Positions 50,945 to 61,489 of a DNA stretch of 64,000 bases are shown here, one piece after another. Source of the DNA: Pelagibacteraceae bacterium (GTDB taxonomy: Bacteria; Pseudomonadota; Alphaproteobacteria; Pelagibacterales; Pelagibacteraceae). Position 1 is the first letter of the stretch. Every line of letters starts with the position of its first letter. Both the position numbers and the translations under genes were made by a program. The stretch lies in assembly GCA_038146245.1 (NCBI GenBank), contig JAYQRG010000003.1, forward strand, positions 741-64,740. The letters are read 5' to 3'. The notes below the pieces were generated by a model. It was given only the letters and a program-made list of their open reading frames with translations. It was not told where the DNA came from and searched no databases.

Positions 50945-52959
50945 TGATTAAAGTTAAAGTTGATGGAATTGAAGTTGAAGTAGCTCCTGGTTCTACTGTA
51001 TTACAGGCCTGCGAAACAGCTGGAAAAGAAATTCCAAGGTTTTGTTATCACGAAAGACTTTCTATAGCTGGTAACTGCCGTATGTGTTTAGTAGAAATGG
51101 AAAAATCTCCTAAACCAGTAGCTTCTTGTGCGATGCCCGTTAGCGATGGGCAAGTAATTTATACAAATACTCCAATGGTTAAAAAAGCAAGAGAGGGAAT
51201 AATGGAGTTTTTATTAATTAATCATCCTCTAGATTGTCCAATTTGTGACCAGGGTGGAGAATGCGATTTGCAAGACCAAGCTTATAAATATGGAACTGGA
51301 AACTCTAGATATGAGCTAAACAAAAGATCTGTAAAAGAAAAATACATGGGTCCATTAATTAAAACTCAAATGAATAGGTGTATTCATTGCACAAGATGCG
51401 TTCGTTTTGCTGAAGAGATTGGTGGTGTTGCTGATATTGGGGCGATTAATAGAGGTGAAAATATGGAGATTACAACTTATCTTGAAAAGACAGTAGACTC
51501 AGAAATGTCAGCCAATGTAATTGACTTATGTCCAGTTGGTGCACTTACTTCAAAACCTTATGCATTTGAAGCTAGACCATGGGAGCTTAAAAAAACAGAA
51601 ACCATAGATGTGATGGATGCTGTTGGTTCTAATATTAGAATAGATTCTAAAGGATGGGAGATAAAAAGAATCTTACCTAGATTGAATGACGAAATAAATG
51701 AGGAGTGGATTTCTGACAAAACTAGATATGCATTTGATGGTTTATTTCATAACAGAATTGATACACCATACATAAAAATAAATGGGAAACTAAAATCAAC
51801 GTCTTGGAATGAAGCTTACGAATTTATACTTAAAAATGTTGGAGCCAAAAAAAATATCTCAGGTCTAGTAGGTCAGCTTACAGATTCAGAGACAGTTTTT
51901 GGATTTAAAAAAATGTTTGAAAATATTTTTAATTCCAAACGAATTGATTTTAGACAAAAAGATTTAACTTTTGATTTATCTGATAGATATAACTATCTTT
52001 TTAACAGCCGACTCTCCTCCTTGGATAATGCTGATGTTATATTGCTTATAGGTACAAATCCAAGATTAGAAGCCAGTATTGTTAATGCTAGGATTAGAAA
52101 AGCCGTAAAACTAGGTGCCAAAGTCTTTTCTATTGGAAACCCAGGAGACCTAACCTACAAGATAGATTTTATAGGTGATAATCTTGGATTATTAGATGAT
52201 ATTATAAATAATAAAATACAGATTTCTTCTGAATTACAAAAAGCAAAAAATCCTATTTTTATAATAGGAGAAAGTGCACTTACTAAAAACAACTCTGATT
52301 ATGTAGTTAATTCATGTAAAAAAATTCTAAAAAAAATCGATAAATTATCAGGATTAAATATTCTTCATCAATCCGCAGCTACGGTTGGTTGTTTGCTTCT
52401 AGGAGTTTATACAGATGAATACGATCGAATATTTGAGTCCGATGTTATTTATCTTTTAGGGGCAGATGAGGTTAAAATTAGTAAAAAAAATAACCAATTT
52501 ATTATTTATCAAGGTAGTCACGGAGGGGAAAATAGTAATATTGCTGATGTAATCTTACCAAGCGCAGCGTTTACAGAGAAAGATGGAACTTATGTAAATA
52601 TGGAAGGAAGAATTCAAAAATCTTATAAATCCAGCTTTCCATTAGATGGTGCCAAGGAGGACTGGAAGATTTTTAGTGAGCTAACCAATCTTTTTGGAAA
52701 GCAAATTGATTACAATAATTTTAATGAGCTTCAAAATTTACTGATTAAAGAATATCCAGTTTTTAAAGATTTAGATCAAATACCTCAAAAAGATTTTAAA
52801 AATTTGATCATAAAAGATTTAGCTAAAATAGATCGCAAAATTAAAATTGATGAAATAGATTATTATAAAACCAACATTGTTGCTAGATCGTCACCTACTA
52901 TGTCAGAGTGTAAATCTGCAAAATTTAAATTAAACAAAACTGGAACTGATAATCTATGA
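50944..52959 (+). CDS. nuoG: NADH-quinone oxidoreductase subunit G
   Basis: 671 aa. N-terminal 2Fe-2S/4Fe-4S Cys clusters ([36 protein letters not shown]). Confidence 0.96.
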   Translation: MIKVKVDGIEVEVAPGSTVLQACETAGKEIPRFCYHERLSIAGNCRMCLVEMEKSPKPVASCAMPVSDGQVIYTNTPMVKKAREGIMEFLLINHPLDCPICDQGGECDLQDQAYKYGTGNSRYELNKRSVKEKYMGPLIKTQMNRCIHCTRCVRFAEEIGGVADIGAINRGENMEITTYLEKTVDSEMSANVIDLCPVGALTSKPYAFEARPWELKKTETIDVMDAVGSNIRIDSKGWEIKRILPRLNDEINEEWISDKTRYAFDGLFHNRIDTPYIKINGKLKSTSWNEAYEFILKNVGAKKNISGLVGQLTDSETVFGFKKMFENIFNSKRIDFRQKDLTFDLSDRYNYLFNSRLSSLDNADVILLIGTNPRLEASIVNARIRKAVKLGAKVFSIGNPGDLTYKIDFIGDNLGLLDDIINNKIQISSELQKAKNPIFIIGESALTKNNSDYVVNSCKKILKKIDKLSGLNILHQSAATVGCLLLGVYTDEYDRIFESDVIYLLGADEVKISKKNNQFIIYQGSHGGENSNIADVILPSAAFTEKDGTYVNMEGRIQKSYKSSFPLDGAKEDWKIFSELTNLFGKQIDYNNFNELQNLLIKEYPVFKDLDQIPQKDFKNLIIKDLAKIDRKIKIDEIDYYKTNIVARSSPTMSECKSAKFKLNKTGTDNL

Positions 52960-53960
52960 TTGAAAATTATTTGTATATTATTTTGTTCGATGTTTTAAAA
53001 ATTGTAGCTTTATTGTTACCAGTTTTAATAGCAGTTGCGTTAATTGTATGGGTAGACCGAAGAGTTTGGGGTTTAGTACAGTTAAGAAAGGGTCCTAATG
53101 TGGTAGGTCCTTTCGGATTGTTACAAACCGCAGCTGATGCTTTAAAATATATTTTTAAAGAAGTTATTATTCCAGCAGGTGCTAATAAAATTATATTTAT
53201 TCTTGCTCCTGTTGTAACTATGGCGCTTGCTTTGCTAGCATGGGCAGTAATACCGTTTGGTGAAAAAATTTATGTCACAAATATTAATGTAGGAATATTA
53301 TATCTTTTTGCAGTATCATCTTTAGGAGTTTATGGAATTATCATGGCTGGTTGGGCATCTAATTCTAAATATCCTTTTTTAGGTGCGCTTCGGTCTGCTG
53401 CTCAAATGGTATCTTACGAAGTTTCAATAGGTTTTATTATTATAAATGTTCTTCTATGTGCAGGTTCTCTAAATTTAGTTGATATTGTTATGGCACAAAA
53501 AAAAATTTGGTTCGCAATTCCTTTGCTTCCAATGTTTATAATTTTTTTTATTTCTGCATTAGCAGAAACCAATAGACCTCCTTTTGATTTACCAGAAGCT
53601 GAAGCAGAATTAGTTGCTGGATATCAAACCGAATATTCAGGCATGATGTATGCTTTATTCTGGTTGGGAGAATATGCGAATATTTTATTAATGTGTGGAA
53701 TGGGTTCAATTTTATTTTTAGGTGGTTGGTTACCTCCTTTAGATATATATCCATTAAACGCAATACCCTCTCCGTTGTGGTTAATTTTTAAAATTTTATT
53801 TTTATTTTTTATGTTTGCACTTGTGAAAGCAATTGTTCCAAGATACCGATACGATCAATTAATGAGATTAGGATGGAAAGTATTTTTACCTGTATCATTA
53901 ATTTGGTTGGTTATAACTGCTTCTTTTTTATTTTATTTTAACCTCTTACCTAAAAATTGA
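52956..53960 (+). CDS. nuoH: NADH-quinone oxidoreductase subunit H
   Basis: 334 aa, polytopic. [34 protein letters not shown]. Confidence 0.97.
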   Translation: MIENYLYIILFDVLKIVALLLPVLIAVALIVWVDRRVWGLVQLRKGPNVVGPFGLLQTAADALKYIFKEVIIPAGANKIIFILAPVVTMALALLAWAVIPFGEKIYVTNINVGILYLFAVSSLGVYGIIMAGWASNSKYPFLGALRSAAQMVSYEVSIGFIIINVLLCAGSLNLVDIVMAQKKIWFAIPLLPMFIIFFISALAETNRPPFDLPEAEAELVAGYQTEYSGMMYALFWLGEYANILLMCGMGSILFLGGWLPPLDIYPLNAIPSPLWLIFKILFLFFMFALVKAIVPRYRYDQLMRLGWKVFLPVSLIWLVITASFLFYFNLLPKN

Positions 53961-53961
53961 A

Positions 53962-54447
53962 ATGAGAATTAGTAGAATTATTAAAACTATATTTTTGATT
54001 GAATTCATCAAAGGACTTTTATTGTCTGTAAAATATATTTTTAAACCTAAAGCTACAATTAACTATCCATTTGAAAAAGGTGAAATAAGCCCAAGATTTA
54101 GAGGAGAGCATGCGCTTCGAAGGTATCCGAATGGAGAAGAAAGATGTATTGCATGCAAACTTTGCGAAGCAATTTGTCCAGCACAAGCTATCACTATTGA
54201 GTCGGAGCCAAAGAATGACGGATCCAGAAGAACAACAAGATATGATATTGATATGGTAAAATGTATCTATTGTGGCCTTTGCCAAGAAGCTTGTCCTGTA
54301 GATGCTATTGTACAAGGTCCTAACTTTGAATTTTCAACAGAAAATCGAGAAGAACTTTATTACACAAAAGAAAAGTTGCTAGACAATGGTGATCGTTGGG
54401 AAAAAGAAATTTTTAACAACATTAAATTAGATAAAGAATATAGATAA
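53962..54447 (+). CDS. nuoI: NADH-quinone oxidoreductase subunit I
   Basis: 161 aa. Two CxxCxxCxxxCP ferredoxin motifs ([24 protein letters not shown]). Confidence 0.97.
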   Translation: MRISRIIKTIFLIEFIKGLLLSVKYIFKPKATINYPFEKGEISPRFRGEHALRRYPNGEERCIACKLCEAICPAQAITIESEPKNDGSRRTTRYDIDMVKCIYCGLCQEACPVDAIVQGPNFEFSTENREELYYTKEKLLDNGDRWEKEIFNNIKLDKEYR

Positions 54448-54450
54448 AAT

Positions 54451-55071
54451 ATGTTGGCACACGCATTAGTTTTTTATTTTTTTGGTTTTATAGCTGTACT
54501 TTCGTCAGTTATGGTTATCTCAAGTAAAAATACTGTTCATGCAGTTTTTTTTTTAATCTTAAATTTTGTAAGCATTTCATGTTTATTTATTATGATAGGA
54601 GCTGAATTTATAGGAATGATCACCCTTATTGTTTATGTAGGGGCAGTTGCCGTTTTATTTTTGTTTGTCGTGATGATGTTAAATATTAATTTTAAGGATT
54701 TACGATCCAGTTTTTTAAATTACTTGCCATTTGGAGCTTTGTTTGGCGCAATTTTTTTTGGAATACTTGTTACAATGTTGTCTACTTGGAAATATAAAAG
54801 CGATTTTATTAAAACGATTGATATTAAAATTATTCCAAACGTAACTAACACTAAAGCTATAGGTAATGTAATGTACACAGATTACGTTCATTATTTTCAG
54901 ATTTCAGGTTTAATTTTATTAGTTGCCATGATTGGTGCGATACTTCTTACATTTAGAAGAAAAGAAAACTTGAAAAGACAAGATATTACTAAACAAGTAT
55001 CAAGAGAAAGAGCTGATTCAGTCCAGTTAATAGAAGTTGAAAGTTTTAAAGGAGTAAATTTGAATGATTGA
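54451..55071 (+). CDS. nuoJ: NADH-quinone oxidoreductase subunit J
   Basis: 206 aa, multi-[20 protein letters not shown]. Correct operon position. Confidence 0.92.
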   Translation: MLAHALVFYFFGFIAVLSSVMVISSKNTVHAVFFLILNFVSISCLFIMIGAEFIGMITLIVYVGAVAVLFLFVVMMLNINFKDLRSSFLNYLPFGALFGAIFFGILVTMLSTWKYKSDFIKTIDIKIIPNVTNTKAIGNVMYTDYVHYFQISGLILLVAMIGAILLTFRRKENLKRQDITKQVSRERADSVQLIEVESFKGVNLND

Positions 55072-55375
55072 AATTTCTCTAGGTCATTACCTGTTCTTAG
55101 CTGCTATAATTTTTACATTAGGTGTGGTTGGTATTTTTCTTAATCGAAAAAATATTATTGTTTTATTGATGTCTGTGGAGCTTATTTTGATATCAGTAAA
55201 TTTAAATTTAGTTTCTTTTTCTATTTATTTACAAAATTTATCAGGACAAATTTTTACTATGTTCATTTTAACTGTTGCGGCAGCGGAAGCTGCAATAGGT
55301 TTAGCTATTATTGTTGTTTTTTTTAGAAACAAAGGAACAATTCATGTAGATGATATAAACTCATTAAAAGGTTAA
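55064..55375 (+). CDS. nuoK: NADH-quinone oxidoreductase subunit K
   Basis: 103 aa, 3 [26 protein letters not shown]. Confidence 0.95.
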   Translation: MIEISLGHYLFLAAIIFTLGVVGIFLNRKNIIVLLMSVELILISVNLNLVSFSIYLQNLSGQIFTMFILTVAAAEAAIGLAIIVVFFRNKGTIHVDDINSLKG

Positions 55376-55376
55376 T

Positions 55377-57287
55377 ATGGAATATTTTATAGTTTTTTTA
55401 CCGTTGTTAGGATTTATTATAGTTGGGTCTCTAGGCAGAGTTTTAGGTGATAAAATTTCTCAATTAATTACATCTGGCCTGGTAATTATATCATCTGTTT
55501 TATCATTTTATTTATTTTTTAAATTTATCAATGGCTCAGAAATCTTAAATTATAAAGTTTTTAACTGGATTTCTTCTGGAAACTTAAAATTAAACTGGTC
55601 AATATATATAGACTCTCTAACCTCTGTAATGTTGGTGGTGGTTACATCAGTTTCTGCTTTGGTACATGTTTATTCTATAGGTTACATGAGTCATGATCCA
55701 GACAAACCAAGATTTATGGCTTATTTATCTTTGTTTACGTTTGCAATGTTGATGTTGGTTACAGCAGATAATTTTTTACAATTATTTTTTGGATGGGAAG
55801 GGGTTGGATTAGCATCTTACCTTTTAATAGGTTTTTGGTTTAAAAAACCATCAGCTAATGCAGCTGCAGTAAAAGCTTTTATTGTAAATCGTGTAGGCGA
55901 TTTTGGTTTAGCAATCGGAATTTTTTTAATTTTTAAATATGCTGGTACCTTAAATTATAATGAAGCTTTTTCATCTGCAAAAAATTTAGCAGAAGTTAAA
56001 ATTACCTTATTTGGTTTTAGCGAACCTATTATTACATTTATTTGTATTTTTCTTTTTATTGGGGCCATGGGTAAGTCTGCTCAACTATTTTTACATACTT
56101 GGTTACCAGATGCCATGGAAGGCCCAACCCCAGTTTCTGCTTTGATTCATGCTGCAACTATGGTTACAGCTGGAGTATTTTTAGTTGCAAGATGCTCTCC
56201 TTTGTTTGAATATTCAGTTCTATCTCAAAATTTAATTGTAATCATAGGTGCTTCCACCGCACTTTTTGCAGCTACTATTGGGCTTGTTCAAAATGATATT
56301 AAAAGAATTATTGCATACTCTACTTGTAGTCAGCTTGGCTATATGTTTTTTGCAGCGGGCGTTGGAGCTTATCATATAGCTATTTTTCATTTATTTACGC
56401 ACGCTTTTTTTAAAGCATTACTATTTTTAGGTGCGGGCTCCGTCATTCACGCATTTCATGAAGAGCAAGATATTAGATATATGGGCGGTGCTTGGAAAAA
56501 AATACCTTATACGTATGCATTAATGATTATCGGGACATTAGCTCTAACTGGTTTCCCATTTTTGTCAGGTTTTTATTCAAAAGATGCAATTATAGAAGCG
56601 GCATATTTTTCAAAAAATAACTTTGGTACTTATGCTACCACAATAGGTATAGTGACAGCTTTTTTAACTTCGATTTACTCATGGAGATTAATTTTTAAAA
56701 CTTTCCACGGAAGTTTTAACAACAAGAAAATCAGTATAGAAAAACTGCATGAATCTCCGCTAATAATGTTAGCGCCGCTAATTATATTATCCCTTGGCGC
56801 TATTTTTGCAGGATACGTATTTAAAGACTTGTTAATTGGTGAAGATTTTTCAAGTTTCTGGAAAAAATCAATTTTTTTTAAAGAAACTTTTTCTTTAGCG
56901 CATCCGCCTATATGGTTTGTTATTTTAATACCATTTTTGGTTTTGTCTTCTATTCCCATTTCTTATTATCTCTTTATTAAAAATAGAAATTTAATTGATA
57001 GTTTGAAAAAACAAAATCAACCACTTTATAATTTTTTATTAAACAAATGGTACTTTGATGAAATTTATGATTTTTGTTTAGTTAAACCTCTTAAATTTAT
57101 AGGTAATAAATTATGGAAAATAGGCGACGTAATCATTATTGATGGCTTGGGGCCAAATGGATTTGCCAAATTAACAAAATTAATTTCTACAAGAACTACA
57201 TTGATACAGTCAGGTTATATTTATCATTATGCTTTTGTAATATTAGCAGGTCTCTCAATCTTTTTAACTTTTGTAATTTTATCTTAA
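55377..57287 (+). CDS. nuoL: NADH-quinone oxidoreductase subunit L
   Basis: 636 aa antiporter-like subunit. FFGWEGVGLASYLLIGFW, WLPDAMEGPTPVSALIHAATMV. Confidence 0.96.
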   Translation: MEYFIVFLPLLGFIIVGSLGRVLGDKISQLITSGLVIISSVLSFYLFFKFINGSEILNYKVFNWISSGNLKLNWSIYIDSLTSVMLVVVTSVSALVHVYSIGYMSHDPDKPRFMAYLSLFTFAMLMLVTADNFLQLFFGWEGVGLASYLLIGFWFKKPSANAAAVKAFIVNRVGDFGLAIGIFLIFKYAGTLNYNEAFSSAKNLAEVKITLFGFSEPIITFICIFLFIGAMGKSAQLFLHTWLPDAMEGPTPVSALIHAATMVTAGVFLVARCSPLFEYSVLSQNLIVIIGASTALFAATIGLVQNDIKRIIAYSTCSQLGYMFFAAGVGAYHIAIFHLFTHAFFKALLFLGAGSVIHAFHEEQDIRYMGGAWKKIPYTYALMIIGTLALTGFPFLSGFYSKDAIIEAAYFSKNNFGTYATTIGIVTAFLTSIYSWRLIFKTFHGSFNNKKISIEKLHESPLIMLAPLIILSLGAIFAGYVFKDLLIGEDFSSFWKKSIFFKETFSLAHPPIWFVILIPFLVLSSIPISYYLFIKNRNLIDSLKKQNQPLYNFLLNKWYFDEIYDFCLVKPLKFIGNKLWKIGDVIIIDGLGPNGFAKLTKLISTRTTLIQSGYIYHYAFVILAGLSIFLTFVILS

Positions 57288-57288
57288 T

Positions 57289-58788
57289 ATGACAAGCTTA
57301 CCTATCTTATCAATTTTAATCTTTCTTCCATTAATAGGAGTTTTGTTTTTACTTACCGTTAAAGGCGATCAAACATATGAAAATAAAATTTGTGGAATTG
57401 TTGCTATCCTTACTAGCATTATAACATTATTTATTTCTGTATTTATTTGGAAAAAATTTAACTATTCAATAAGTAGTTTTCAATTTGTTGAAACTAAGAA
57501 TTGGATAAAAAACTTTGCTCAGTATAAAGTTGGCATAGATGGCATATCACTAGCTTTTGTTCTGTTAACTACTTTCATTACCCCCATATGTATTCTTGCG
57601 ACAATTAATAGCGTCAAAGTTAGACTAAAAGAGTTTTTTATTTGCCTACTTTTAATGGAAACTTTTATGCTCGGCGTATTTTGTTCTTTAGATTTATTTC
57701 TTTTCTACGTTTTTTTTGAAGCAGGCTTGATTCCAATGTATTTAATCATCGGAATTTGGGGAGGTCAAAGAAGAGTTTATTCTGCCTTTAAATTTTTTTT
57801 ATACACTTTGCTCGGTTCAATTTTCATGTTGATTTCAATCATTGTAATTTTTTACGATGCAGGAACCTTAGATGTTGAAAAACTTTATAATTTAGAAATT
57901 AACAAAAGCTACCAAATATATCTATGGTTAGGTTTTTTCTCTTCTTTTGCAGTTAAAACTCCAATGTGGCCATTTCATACATGGCTACCCGATGCCCACG
58001 TAGAGGCACCAACATCTGGATCAGTTATTTTAGCAGCTATTCTGCTTAAAATGGCTGGATATGGATTTATACGTTTTTCTCTTGGCTTGTTTCCAGTTGC
58101 ATCAGTATACTTTGCTCCACTAGTTTTTGTCTTAAGTATTGTAGCTATTATTTACACATCACTAGTAGCTTTGATGCAGGAGGATATGAAAAAATTAATA
58201 GCATATTCTTCTGTTGCACATATGGGTTTTGTTACTATTGGTATTTTTGTATTTAATAAACAGGGTATCGAGGGAAGTATTTTTCAAATGATTAGTCATG
58301 GTATTGTTTCTGCAGCTTTGTTTTTATGCGTTGGTGTTGTTTACGACCGACTACATACAAGAGAAATTTCTAATTATGGTGGATTGGTAAATATAATGCC
58401 AAAATACGCAATTTGTTTTATGGTATTTATATTAGGTAGCTTGGGTCTCCCTGGAACCAGCGGTTTTATTGGTGAAATTTTAGTTTTGATTGGTTCATTT
58501 AAATTCAACTATCTAGTAACTTTTTTTGCAGCTACTGGAGTTGTCTTATCTGCTTGTTATAGTTTGTGGTTATATAAAAGAGTTGTATTTGGAGAAATTA
58601 AAAATGAAAAATTAAAAACCATGGACGACCTTAATTTTAAGGAGTTACTAATTCTGCTACCTTTGTTTTTTCTTACAATTTTTTTAGGCTTTTATCCTAA
58701 TATTATTTTAGACATGATTGGATCTAGTGTAGATCATGTTGTTAATAATAAATCGCTACTAAACAATCTAAAGGCATCTTTGAAATGA
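57289..58788 (+). CDS. nuoM: NADH-quinone oxidoreductase subunit M
   Basis: 499 aa antiporter-like subunit. FHTWLPDAHVEAPTSGSVILAA, LIAYSSVAHMG. Confidence 0.96.
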   Translation: MTSLPILSILIFLPLIGVLFLLTVKGDQTYENKICGIVAILTSIITLFISVFIWKKFNYSISSFQFVETKNWIKNFAQYKVGIDGISLAFVLLTTFITPICILATINSVKVRLKEFFICLLLMETFMLGVFCSLDLFLFYVFFEAGLIPMYLIIGIWGGQRRVYSAFKFFLYTLLGSIFMLISIIVIFYDAGTLDVEKLYNLEINKSYQIYLWLGFFSSFAVKTPMWPFHTWLPDAHVEAPTSGSVILAAILLKMAGYGFIRFSLGLFPVASVYFAPLVFVLSIVAIIYTSLVALMQEDMKKLIAYSSVAHMGFVTIGIFVFNKQGIEGSIFQMISHGIVSAALFLCVGVVYDRLHTREISNYGGLVNIMPKYAICFMVFILGSLGLPGTSGFIGEILVLIGSFKFNYLVTFFAATGVVLSACYSLWLYKRVVFGEIKNEKLKTMDDLNFKELLILLPLFFLTIFLGFYPNIILDMIGSSVDHVVNNKSLLNNLKASLK

Positions 58789-60203
58789 TAGTATTAGAAT
58801 ATCTTTATCCTGAGCTAATTTTAATTATTGGGTTTTTAACTTGTATTTTGATAGGTGTTTTTCAAAAAAATTCTTTTGATTTAATCAGCAAGATTATAAT
58901 TTTAATTTTTTTTTCTTGTTTATTAATTTTTTATATAAATCCTAAACAGGAAATAGTTGTTTTAAACAACACTTACTCAATTGATCATTTTTCAGTTTTC
59001 TTAAAATCTTTGATATTAATTTCCTCAATATTTGTCTTAATTTTTACTAAAGAATATATTCAAAGATGTCAGATAAACTTTTTTGAATATCCAATACTTT
59101 TATTGTCATCAGTAATCGGAATGTTTGTTATGATAAGTTCAAATGATCTAATTGGATTATATCTTGGAATAGAGTTGCAGTCTTTATCTTTATATGTCCT
59201 GGCCTCATCTGATAAAAATTCTATAAAATCTACTGAAGCAGGAGTAAAATATTTTATACTTGGAGCTTTATCCTCTGGCCTTTTTTTGTATGGCTGTTCT
59301 CTAATCTATGGTTTTTCTGGTCATACTAATTATTTTTTAATAAATGAAAATATTAATAATGGTAATCTAGGAGTTCTATTTGGATTTGTTTTCATACTGA
59401 TAGGTCTAGCCTTTAAGATTTCTTCAGCACCTTTTCATATGTGGGCACCAGATGTTTACGAAGGTTCACCAACTTCAGTTACAGCTTTTTTTTCTTTGGC
59501 ACCAAAAGTTGCTGGACTTGGAGCATTGATAAAAATTTTGTTTATTGCTTTTGGAAATATTATTAATGAATGGAAATTAATACTTACCATAATATCTATT
59601 TTATCAATGTTTATTGGTGCACTAGCAGCTATTGGTCAAACTAATATAAAAAGACTTATGGCCTATAGCAGTATAGGACATATAGGTTATGCCCTTATTG
59701 GGCTTGTGACCGGGGTGTCTAGTGGATTGTCAGCTACTCTTATTTATATCTCTATATACGTTGTTATGAATATAGCTGTTTTTTCATGCGTATTTTTTTT
59801 TAAAAGAGGAAATGTTTATTTCGAAAATATTAGCGACTTATCAGGCTTATCTAAAAACCACCCCATATTAGCACTCTGTTTTACTTTAATATTATTTTCT
59901 TTAGCTGGGATACCCCCATTAGCTGGGTTTTTTGCGAAATTTTATATTTTTAAATCAGCTATAGAAACTAATTTATATTTATTGGCAATTTTAGGTTTAG
60001 TATCTTCTGTAATCGCAGCTTTTTACTATTTGAGGATAATTAAAATTATGTATTTCGATAATGAAGTAGATAAATTTGATGACTCATATAATTTAGGTTT
60101 AAAAATATCTTTACTATTATCTACGTTTATAATTTCTTTTTATTTTATTAAACCAGATTTTATAATTAATTTTTCAAATCTTGTTGTTAAAATATTTAAT
60201 TAG
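58785..60203 (+). CDS. nuoN: NADH-quinone oxidoreductase subunit N
   Basis: 472 aa antiporter-like subunit. APFHMWAPDVYEGSPTSVTAF, LMAYSSIGHIG. Confidence 0.96.
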   Translation: MIVLEYLYPELILIIGFLTCILIGVFQKNSFDLISKIIILIFFSCLLIFYINPKQEIVVLNNTYSIDHFSVFLKSLILISSIFVLIFTKEYIQRCQINFFEYPILLLSSVIGMFVMISSNDLIGLYLGIELQSLSLYVLASSDKNSIKSTEAGVKYFILGALSSGLFLYGCSLIYGFSGHTNYFLINENINNGNLGVLFGFVFILIGLAFKISSAPFHMWAPDVYEGSPTSVTAFFSLAPKVAGLGALIKILFIAFGNIINEWKLILTIISILSMFIGALAAIGQTNIKRLMAYSSIGHIGYALIGLVTGVSSGLSATLIYISIYVVMNIAVFSCVFFFKRGNVYFENISDLSGLSKNHPILALCFTLILFSLAGIPPLAGFFAKFYIFKSAIETNLYLLAILGLVSSVIAAFYYLRIIKIMYFDNEVDKFDDSYNLGLKISLLLSTFIISFYFIKPDFIINFSNLVVKIFN

Positions 60204-60206
60204 TTG

Positions 60207-60728
60207 ATGAGCATTAAGCTATTTAAATATGATACTGTTAAAAGCACAAATGATACTGCGAAATATTTAATTGAAAAGGAGCAGATTTTGAAAGGATTGA
60301 TATATTCTGAAAAGCAAACCAATGGCAAAGGTAGATATGGAAATAAATGGTTATCTTTAAAAGGAAATTTATTTTTATCTATTTTTTTTCCTATAAAAAA
60401 TTATTTTAATTTAAAATTAATTCAAACAAAAACATTAAATCTAATCAAAAAAAAATTATATCTGGAGGGAATAAAAAGAAAAAAAATCAAAATAAAATAT
60501 CCCAACGATATCTTAGTTGATGAAAAAAAAATATCAGGAGTTTTAATCGAAACTATCAAAAATAATAAAAAACTTTATGCAATAATTGGTATAGGAATGA
60601 ATCTGATTAGTTCTCCAAAAATTACTAAGTATAGCACTACTCATATTAAATTCTTTACCAAAAAAAAATATTTCATTGATGATTTTGTTCTTTTTTTTAA
60701 AAAAAAAATTAACCATTTAAGTTTATGA
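60207..60728 (+). CDS. birA: biotin--[acetyl-CoA-carboxylase] ligase, minimal form
   Basis: About 173 aa. Catalytic-core motifs QTNGKGRYGNKW (GRGRxGRxW-type), KYPNDILVDEKKISGVLIE, GIGMNL. No HTH domain and no room for the usual C-terminal domain. Alternative TTG start at 60204. Confidence 0.8.
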   Translation: MSIKLFKYDTVKSTNDTAKYLIEKEQILKGLIYSEKQTNGKGRYGNKWLSLKGNLFLSIFFPIKNYFNLKLIQTKTLNLIKKKLYLEGIKRKKIKIKYPNDILVDEKKISGVLIETIKNNKKLYAIIGIGMNLISSPKITKYSTTHIKFFTKKKYFIDDFVLFFKKKINHLSL

Positions 60729-61489
60729 TATTAATTGGCGACATAGGTAACACAAGTATTAAGCTAGCTTACTTCAATCCAGTTTCAAAAAAAATTATCA
60801 AAACTAAAAGTTTTTTAACTAATCATTTTTTTAAAAATAAAATTTTTAAAAATTATTTAAAACTATTTAAATATAAAAATTGTTTAATTACCAGCGTTGT
60901 TCCAAATGCGTTTATAAAGTTAAAAAAATTTTTAGAAAAAAGAAAAATAAAGGTTTATGAAATTTTAGAAAAAAAAATACTTTGTAATATTAAAATAGAT
61001 GTGAAAAAACCAAATCAAATAGGCTCTGATAGAATCGCAAATTCGATTGGAGCTATCAGTCAGTATAAAAAAAACTGTATTATTATTGATTTTGGTACCG
61101 CCACAACTTTCGATGTTGTATTAAAAAATAATAGATACATAGGAGGAGTGATATCTCCCGGTATTAAACTATCTTTGAAAGCCTTATATGATTTTACGGC
61201 TAAACTTCCTGAAATAGAATTAAAAAAAACTAAAAAAGTTATTGGTAAAGATACAAATTCAGCAATGCAAAGTGGAACTTTTTTTGGTTATGTATCTCTC
61301 ATAAACGGTTTAATTGAAAAAATTATATTTGAAACAAACAAAAAATTTTTGATTATTTTAACTGGAGGATACGCAAATTTATTTAAAAATTCTTTAAATT
61401 ACAAATGTCTAATAAATCAAAATATTACACTTGAAGGAGTAAAAAATATTTTGGAAACAAATAAAAAAATTTTTTATGAAAAAAAATAA
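60725..61489 (+). CDS. coaX: type III pantothenate kinase
   Basis: 254 aa. ILIGDIGNTSIK, GSDRIAN, IIDFGTATTFD, TGGYA. Confidence 0.92.
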   Translation: MILIGDIGNTSIKLAYFNPVSKKIIKTKSFLTNHFFKNKIFKNYLKLFKYKNCLITSVVPNAFIKLKKFLEKRKIKVYEILEKKILCNIKIDVKKPNQIGSDRIANSIGAISQYKKNCIIIDFGTATTFDVVLKNNRYIGGVISPGIKLSLKALYDFTAKLPEIELKKTKKVIGKDTNSAMQSGTFFGYVSLINGLIEKIIFETNKKFLIILTGGYANLFKNSLNYKCLINQNITLEGVKNILETNKKIFYEKK

